Both the position numbers and the translations under genes were made by a program. From positions 1 to 64,000 of IMG/VR virus record IMGVR_UViG_3300017956_000007: a stretch of 64,000 bases of DNA, one strand, 5' to 3'. Shown piece after piece: positions 58,291 to 64,000 of the stretch. This stretch comes from a virus. A model generated the notes under the pieces. The model saw only the letters and a list, made by a program, of their open reading frames with translations, ran no database searches and was not told where the DNA came from. Each line of letters starts with the position of its first letter. Positions within the stretch are counted from its first letter, which is position 1.

Positions 58291-59322
58291 ATGGCAACAA
58301 ATAGACCTTTAAGATTTGATGAAACGGTCAAATCATTTAGACAAATGAGTGATGCAGAATTAGATATTTTGAGTTATGTTGTAAGAAAAAAATATGCACA
58401 ATTATTGAGTAGCGGTACCGCTACCATTGGAGGAAAAATTTCTCCGGGCACATCTGCTTCTAATTATTCCTCATTAGGATCAGTAACAGATACAAAAACC
58501 TTACAATATACTGCTACTAACGCAGACAGTCCAACTGGTGGTGCAGATAACATATTTCCAACAACATTAAATTCATCATATCATCAAGAAACTGAAACGA
58601 TTTATAATTATAGACAATATATACCTTCAATCAATTTATCCTCATCAACACTTAATTCTTACAGTTATCTTGTTTATGATCAAAATACAAAAACTTTTAA
58701 AATTGAAGGTGACATTTCCAATATATTCGACACTATCGTAAGTGATTGTGTGAACAAAATACATGATCCTAACAGTGATGGTGTCGGATCATATCATTTT
58801 GGTTTATCCTCTCCAACGACAGGAACATACGTAAATATGGGAATGATATATCAAGATACGACATATTGGAATAGTACAGTACAATTTAATCATTATATTA
58901 AAACGGCTGCCGATAATGAAAACGATATACTAAACGATGCCAGTGCATATAAATATATATCAAGATACATAGGAATTGTTGATGGCAGTGTTAAAATATC
59001 AGAAATACCAATAAATGATATCACAGAAAATATAGTAGTTGATATACTAGAAAAAATATTGGAAAAAAGATTTCCAAAATACACATTAACAAGAGTAGGA
59101 AGCACAGATTCAACAACAACTGCTACCACAACAATGGCAGGCTACACCTCAAATAATTTTGGTTTTTTACATGAAAGATTTGTATTTTCTTCATATACCG
59201 TAGTATCCACTTCTGGTGTATCAGGAGGAACTTACACAGCAAACTATCAACCAGATAACAATAGTTATAGATATAATGTATGGGCATTGACTGCCAATGG
59301 TTATAATACAACTGATTTATAA
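58291..59322 (+). CDS. Ser/Thr-rich hypothetical protein A2 (paralog of 56183..57484)
   Basis: MATNRPLRF...MSDAELDILSYVVRKKYAQLL, SDCVNKIH....DGVGSY, GTYVNMGMIYQDT. Confidence 0.6.
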   Translation: MATNRPLRFDETVKSFRQMSDAELDILSYVVRKKYAQLLSSGTATIGGKISPGTSASNYSSLGSVTDTKTLQYTATNADSPTGGADNIFPTTLNSSYHQETETIYNYRQYIPSINLSSSTLNSYSYLVYDQNTKTFKIEGDISNIFDTIVSDCVNKIHDPNSDGVGSYHFGLSSPTTGTYVNMGMIYQDTTYWNSTVQFNHYIKTAADNENDILNDASAYKYISRYIGIVDGSVKISEIPINDITENIVVDILEKILEKRFPKYTLTRVGSTDSTTTATTTMAGYTSNNFGFLHERFVFSSYTVVSTSGVSGGTYTANYQPDNNSYRYNVWALTANGYNTTDL

Positions 59323-59333
59323 AAAGGAACATT

Positions 59334-59864
59334 ATGTTAATTGATGTCGATAATATTGAAATATTAAATGCTACATTTCCTAATTTGACCTCTAGAAATT
59401 TAATAATGGTTGATTATTCCGACATAAATGGCGAAAGAAAAAGTATGGTCATAGGTTCTGATGATGATTCGGATTTTGGTTTAAAAGTTTTTGATAAATT
59501 TAATCTATCTACGATTGAAAACAATACAAAATTACTACACGAAGAAAACAAAAAGCAGGCTAAAAATTTTTTACAATTTTTAGAATGGAAAGAAAGTGGA
59601 TTAATTAAAACTATAGATGATGATGAAGAAAAAATAATTGAAGAAAAAATTTCAGAAATACAGCCTCAGGAAATAACTTTAGATTTTTTAGAGAATTTGG
59701 ACAATGAAAATTTATTCAAATTAAAGTTGAGTATTTTTGACATCGAAGAATTTCAAGATATTGATGATAGAGAATTGAGATCACAAGTTAGAAAATCAAA
59801 AAATTTACCAGAATTAATGCATTATTATCACATCTTTAAAATTAATCAAAATTCAAATAATTAG
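59334..59864 (+). CDS. Acidic hypothetical protein B2 (paralog of 57503..58288)
   Basis: FLEWK..GL, LFKLKLSIFD...ELRSQVRKSKNLPELMHYY. Confidence 0.6.
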   Translation: MLIDVDNIEILNATFPNLTSRNLIMVDYSDINGERKSMVIGSDDDSDFGLKVFDKFNLSTIENNTKLLHEENKKQAKNFLQFLEWKESGLIKTIDDDEEKIIEEKISEIQPQEITLDFLENLDNENLFKLKLSIFDIEEFQDIDDRELRSQVRKSKNLPELMHYYHIFKINQNSNN

Positions 59865-60540
59865 GGTCAAATTTATTAATAATGGTTGAATCAAATTTTG
59901 CGTTCATAAAATGAACTATTTTTATATCATCATTAAAACATCCATCTAAATACAACCAACCGGATGGATGTTTCGTATTTAAGTAATAATACATCATTCT
60001 ATCGTAAGAATCGTTTTTTAATTCAAATTTCATATCATATCTCACAAACCAACTATCTGGTAAAAATTTTAATTTTAATTTTTTTCTAGCAAATGTTTCA
60101 ACAAAAAATTGTTCACCATTAACATCCCCAGTTGTTATTTTATTTTCTAAAAAATATTTCATCCAAAAATCAGGTTTTTTCATAAATTCATCATAAATAT
60201 ATTTACAATCTTTTGGATAATATTTTTGAAAACCTCCATTTAAATTATACTGACCAACATCTGTATCTTTCCACCAAGAATTGGCGGTTAAAAATTCTCC
60301 TCTTTCAATGGGATATAAAATAGCATCCATATAATTGTTTATAAAAAGCATATCAATATCAATAACTAATACCGGGTCATCAATATTTAAATTCATTATT
60401 TTCAACTTATTCCATTGTAATTTTAACCCATCGGATTCTTCCCTGATCCAATTTACATTTGGTATTTTAGAATTAATATAATTTTCAACATCCTGACCGT
60501 ATTTTGAACCAATCCTTATTGCAAATATTTTAGGAATCAC
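59842..60540 (-). CDS. Short GT-A-fold glycosyltransferase-like protein
   Basis: RIGSKYG, WNKL, VIDID (DxD), WW, NGG, GEQ.F, KIVHF. Confidence 0.7.
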   Translation of the reverse strand: MIPKIFAIRIGSKYGQDVENYINSKIPNVNWIREESDGLKLQWNKLKIMNLNIDDPVLVIDIDMLFINNYMDAILYPIERGEFLTANSWWKDTDVGQYNLNGGFQKYYPKDCKYIYDEFMKKPDFWMKYFLENKITTGDVNGEQFFVETFARKKLKLKFLPDSWFVRYDMKFELKNDSYDRMMYYYLNTKHPSGWLYLDGCFNDDIKIVHFMNAKFDSTIINKFDPNYLNFD

Positions 60541-60979
60541 AAACCCATCCTACCAATGAATATCTAATACCAGATTTTAAAACATTAACTCTATGATCAA
60601 GTTTAGAATTAAAACTGACACAATCTCCTTTTAATAATTTTATAATACCAACGTTTTTTATCTCAAATTCACCTCCTGCAAATTCATCATTTAATAGAAC
60701 CGTAAAACTCTCAATTCTATTAAAATTTCCATCAGTTTTAAAATCAGAATGCCAATTGTAAAATTGATTTTTAGTATATTGTGTAAATTGAAACAACATT
60801 TTTTTACGATTGAATTTTTTCTCTAATTCTAAATCATTTTTCCATATATAAACTCTAGAAATTCTAGTTGAAAAATCGAAAGAATTTTTTCCAACAGCAG
60901 CAGGAACTACTTTTTTTCGATACGTTAGAATCATATCAAAACATTCTTCATCAGTAAAAAAATTTTTAATAATTTTCAT
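60530..60979 (-). CDS. 2OG-Fe(II) oxygenase (prolyl-hydroxylase-like)
   Basis: HxD (WHSD), LLNDEFAGGEF, distal His (DHRV), RYSLVGW. Confidence 0.88.
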   Translation of the reverse strand: MKIIKNFFTDEECFDMILTYRKKVVPAAVGKNSFDFSTRISRVYIWKNDLELEKKFNRKKMLFQFTQYTKNQFYNWHSDFKTDGNFNRIESFTVLLNDEFAGGEFEIKNVGIIKLLKGDCVSFNSKLDHRVNVLKSGIRYSLVGWVCDS

Positions 60980-61529
60980 TTAAAATATATTCCTTTACCC
61001 ATTCACATTCTCTCATATGTTCATATGATTGGTTGAAAAGACATACTGAATAATCTTTTTCATTTCTATCAAACATCCAAGACCAGCAAACTTTATCATA
61101 AGTTTCGTATTTTATTTCTTTATAAATATACTCATCAATACCTTTCCAATATTTGACTCTGCTATAATCTTCATCTTCATAAAATTTATTATAAATATAT
61201 GATTGATCACCATACCATGACATAATTGAAGAATTTAAAGGAGTGTGAGCTGGTTCACGCCACCATGCATATAATAGTGTAAAATTATTTCTAACTAAAT
61301 GTGAAATATCACCTTTAATAACAACATCTAAATCAAAATACAAATATTGTTCTTGATTTTTAAACTCATTGAACAACTGTAACTTATCATATACCGATCC
61401 TTCACCATCAACGATACCTCTTACATCTATTAAATCACAGTTGACACAGTGATTATACAACATATATTTAAGATTGTCAATCCACCAAGAAGAATATTTT
61501 GTGCCTGTACACACATAAAGAATTACCAC
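60966..61529 (-). CDS. Short GT-A-fold glycosyltransferase-like protein
   Basis: VCTGTKY, KLQLF, YFDLDVVI (DxD), WW, LNSSIMSW, GIDEYI, VCLFN. Confidence 0.72.
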   Translation of the reverse strand: MVILYVCTGTKYSSWWIDNLKYMLYNHCVNCDLIDVRGIVDGEGSVYDKLQLFNEFKNQEQYLYFDLDVVIKGDISHLVRNNFTLLYAWWREPAHTPLNSSIMSWYGDQSYIYNKFYEDEDYSRVKYWKGIDEYIYKEIKYETYDKVCWSWMFDRNEKDYSVCLFNQSYEHMRECEWVKEYILNENY

Positions 61530-62152
61530 TGACCTATCACCATAAATCTAGTGTAATTGTCCATTTTTTTACTACCAGAATAAAAAACTTTTTTGATATT
61601 ATTTTTTTCAATCAATTCTTCGGCAGAATTTACGCAATTTACATGTTCTACTAAATCATAATAATCATTAGATTGTAGGACTAATATTGGGGGTTCTGGA
61701 TAATCTTTGTAGTAAGGCTTCATTCTTACAACATCTTCCATATGTTCAGATGATGTATTAACAATCAAATGTCTTCTCCTCAATTCTTTTCTCTCAAAAT
61801 AATCATCGAAGACTTTTACTTTAAAATTTAGATTAAAATAATTAGTGTATTGCACTAAAATTTTTTTATTAATTTCATCCAATTCATAAAAATCCAAGCT
61901 TTCTATGTCAATTACATAATCTAACATTTCAATTAAAGGAAAACCAAACCAACCGCCAATAATTTCAACATGAACGGGATATAAAAAATCATATGAAATA
62001 TTTAATTTTTCTATCAGCCATGTTTTAGATTCAAATTGACCATCAGATAATGAATCTTCTAATTTATCAAAATAATTCGGATAATTATTTAAAACAAAAT
62101 TCTTCACTTTAAAATATGGAGAATTTACGTAGTTATTAATCTTTAAGTTCAT
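61523..62152 (-). CDS. Class I SAM-dependent methyltransferase-like protein
   Basis: GQFESKTWL, Gly-rich IIGGWFG, YELD, IVNTSSEHM, LQSNDY...HVNCV, RFMVIG. Confidence 0.65.
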   Translation of the reverse strand: MNLKINNYVNSPYFKVKNFVLNNYPNYFDKLEDSLSDGQFESKTWLIEKLNISYDFLYPVHVEIIGGWFGFPLIEMLDYVIDIESLDFYELDEINKKILVQYTNYFNLNFKVKVFDDYFERKELRRRHLIVNTSSEHMEDVVRMKPYYKDYPEPPILVLQSNDYYDLVEHVNCVNSAEELIEKNNIKKVFYSGSKKMDNYTRFMVIGQW

Positions 62153-62751
62153 AGATTATCTCCGCAAACCATATAATAATTTAATACCTTCTGATCGTAT
62201 TCACGAATCATTTGCCAATTCGTTTCGTAATAAACGTTTTTTATTTTATTTTGCCTAATCAATTGTTTTGTAGAATTTATAGGATTGCAAATATGTAAAC
62301 CATCATCGTTATTACCAACCAATATAAATTTTCCTTTATATACTCTACCTATAGGATAAGTATATTCACAGTACTTTTGTAAAAAATTTCCTGTTAAATT
62401 TAATTCGTCAAAAATAACATCGCAATGAAAACTGTTTTTAGTTAATATTTCATTCGACTCATGAACAGCATAATCAAAATCAAAAAAATTAAATTTTTGC
62501 ATATCAAATTTTAATTTTTTTATATAATTCAAATCTATGTCACAAAACCAACTACACATTACATTAAAATTATCTTCAAGTAAATCAAAATTAGAGAAAA
62601 TATAATCGTATATTTTTAGATTTAAATTCAAATGTGTTTTTCTATTATATCTAATTCGAATATAATCATAATTTTTGTCCAATCTCATAGGAAAAGGAAC
62701 TCCAAATGATTCATATTTATCACGCAATTTAGTATATTCATGCTTTTTCAT
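62149..62751 (-). CDS. Divergent paralog of the adjacent methyltransferase-like protein
   Basis: VMCSWFC, FDFD, CDVIFD, YCEYTYP, LVGNND..HICNPI..QLI.QNKI, YYMVCG align by eye with the neighbour's motifs. Confidence 0.5.
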   Translation of the reverse strand: MKKHEYTKLRDKYESFGVPFPMRLDKNYDYIRIRYNRKTHLNLNLKIYDYIFSNFDLLEDNFNVMCSWFCDIDLNYIKKLKFDMQKFNFFDFDYAVHESNEILTKNSFHCDVIFDELNLTGNFLQKYCEYTYPIGRVYKGKFILVGNNDDGLHICNPINSTKQLIRQNKIKNVYYETNWQMIREYDQKVLNYYMVCGDNL

Positions 62752-63493
62752 ATTTCATCCATAAATCTTTTGCCCACCCTGTTGCTTCATGTAATTCTAT
62801 TTGTGTTTCGTTTTTTCTAGCCCATGCTTTATGAGATGTGTTGAATAGGCATATTTTATATTTCTCACGGTATTCTTTTGGTGATAAATCATCAGGAAAT
62901 CTAGCTCCAATATTATAATTGTAAATAATACCTTTATCCCAAAGATTTATTAAATTTTTTCTGTAGAACTGATAAAAAACAAATTTATCCAAAGACGGAT
63001 ACATAAAAAACGCTTTTTCTTCATGTTTGACTAAAAATTCATATAAATTGTACCCAACATCATCTTGCCACGCCACAAATGAAGAATTTAAAGGTGTAGT
63101 CATAAAGGAATAATTTTTAATATGAGACATTGGATCTCTCCAATAATTCATAATAAATCTAGGCTTATCATGTTCCATATCAATTAAATTTGTGATATCA
63201 CTTTGAATTAAAATATCCAAATCAAACCATGCTTTTTTGCCAGCAACATTTTTAAAATCATAAAAAAAACACATTTTTTCAGAAGTAAAAATTCTTTTTC
63301 TGGTATGTCTTAAAAATCTTGTAGGTAAAGGTAAAATTTTAATATCAGGGTCTAAAAATTCTGAATTATCAGTTAAACAATGAAAATTAAAATTTTTTTT
63401 ATAATTTATTTTTAAAGAATTAAATAATCTATTAACATATTCTGGACCATATTTTAAGCCCCATTTTAAACAATAAAAATTAGTCATTTCCAT
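62738..63493 (-). CDS. Short GT-A-fold glycosyltransferase-like protein
   Basis: CLKWGLKYGPEYVNRL, FHCLTD, WFDLDILI (DxD), LNSSFVAW, ICLFN. Confidence 0.75.
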   Translation of the reverse strand: MEMTNFYCLKWGLKYGPEYVNRLFNSLKINYKKNFNFHCLTDNSEFLDPDIKILPLPTRFLRHTRKRIFTSEKMCFFYDFKNVAGKKAWFDLDILIQSDITNLIDMEHDKPRFIMNYWRDPMSHIKNYSFMTTPLNSSFVAWQDDVGYNLYEFLVKHEEKAFFMYPSLDKFVFYQFYRKNLINLWDKGIIYNYNIGARFPDDLSPKEYREKYKICLFNTSHKAWARKNETQIELHEATGWAKDLWMKYEKA

Positions 63494-63999
63494 TGATCTC
63501 CATAAGCATCAAACCCATTTCCACATTTTTGTGCGCATATTTCTGCTTTCCCTTCTTTACAAGAAGATAAACTCCATGATTTTTCAATTTTTTTAAAAAA
63601 ATCTCCGTCAATTATTTTTCTCAACGGAACATTTTTCGCATTAATTTTTTCCAAATCTTCAATAAAATTCCATATTTGATCTTCGCCTATTTTCTGATAT
63701 GTTTTATACAATCTACCCGCAGTCCAACAACAAGGAAAAATTAAACCTTCAGCGGATATATAAATTTCTTTATTTAAAATTGATTTACAAGATATTACAG
63801 TATTGTCTAAATAATTTTGAAAACTGCCAAATTTTGTTATCAGATCATCATAAGTATTAACACTTTTATTTTGATAATTTTGATTCGATGGAGGTTTAAT
63901 ATAATTTCCTTTATTCGTTTCTTTTTCTGATATTTTATTTTTTGTTTGTACCCATCTACCACTTTTTTTCTTTATAAACTGAAGACCAAATAGTTTAGC
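63484..63999 (-). CDS. Radical SAM protein, C-terminal SPASM/twitch-like region (5' part outside window)
   Basis: The frame is open from the window end: AKLFGLQFIKKKSGRW...ISCKS...IYISAEGLIFPCCW...SC....EICAQKCG. The ORF track shows only the last 75 aa, and the CxxxCxxC motif is not in the window. Confidence 0.7.
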   Translation of the reverse strand, partial: AKLFGLQFIKKKSGRWVQTKNKISEKETNKGNYIKPPSNQNYQNKSVNTYDDLITKFGSFQNYLDNTVISCKSILNKEIYISAEGLIFPCCWTAGRLYKTYQKIGEDQIWNFIEDLEKINAKNVPLRKIIDGDFFKKIEKSWSLSSCKEGKAEICAQKCGNGFDAYGDQWK

Positions 64000-64000
64000 C

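Noticed and set aside
1-64000. Stop-codon reassignment (seen in some large AT-rich phages)
   Set aside because: Conserved genes are full length in the standard code, and TAA, TAG and TGA all end genes at sensible positions.
1-64000. CRISPR array, tRNAs, introns/inteins, DGR template-variable repeats
   Set aside because: Intergenic gaps are all under about 100 nt. I saw no spaced repeats, cloverleafs, intein motifs or reverse transcriptase. A diverged nucleotide repeat could be missed by eye.

Overview
A 64-kb, strongly AT-rich, densely coding segment of a large T4-like myovirus genome (dsDNA phage, standard genetic code). Gene order follows the marine/freshwater cyanophage/pelagiphage-type T4-likes more than T4 itself. 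Positions 1-46.3 kb are the virion module. On the minus strand it runs gp48-like x2, gp53, gp27-like hub, gp5, four extra baseplate-region genes, gp25, gp6, gp7, gp8, VrlC/DUF4815-like, a long fibre, gp13, gp14, gp15 and gp16. On the plus strand it runs gp4, gp2, gp54-like, gp26, gp51 and a tape measure. Several late-promoter boxes ((A/C)TAAATA) are visible. Positions 46.3-56.1 kb form one apparent minus-strand operon behind a near-consensus sigma70 promoter: two multi-domain glycosyltransferases, a GT-like gene, ClpP, gp33, gp59 and gp32. One of the glycosyltransferases ends in an Aah/TibC-type protein O-heptosyltransferase domain with intact iron-finger cysteines. Positions 56.2-59.9 kb hold a tandemly duplicated two-gene module (Ser/Thr-rich protein plus acidic partner). 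Positions 59.8-64 kb hold a second modification cluster: three short GT-A paralogs, two methyltransferase-like paralogs, a 2OG-Fe(II) oxygenase and a truncated radical SAM/SPASM gene. The best candidate for an undescribed system is this >15-kb glycan/protein-modification island, whose possible substrates sit in its centre. Also notable are a neck protein with a symmetric 4-repeat/LamG/4-repeat insert and triplet acidic motifs in gp7 and gp15. I saw no tRNA, CRISPR array, integrase or transposase. All calls come from motif recognition and synteny, not database searches, and the host cannot be determined.
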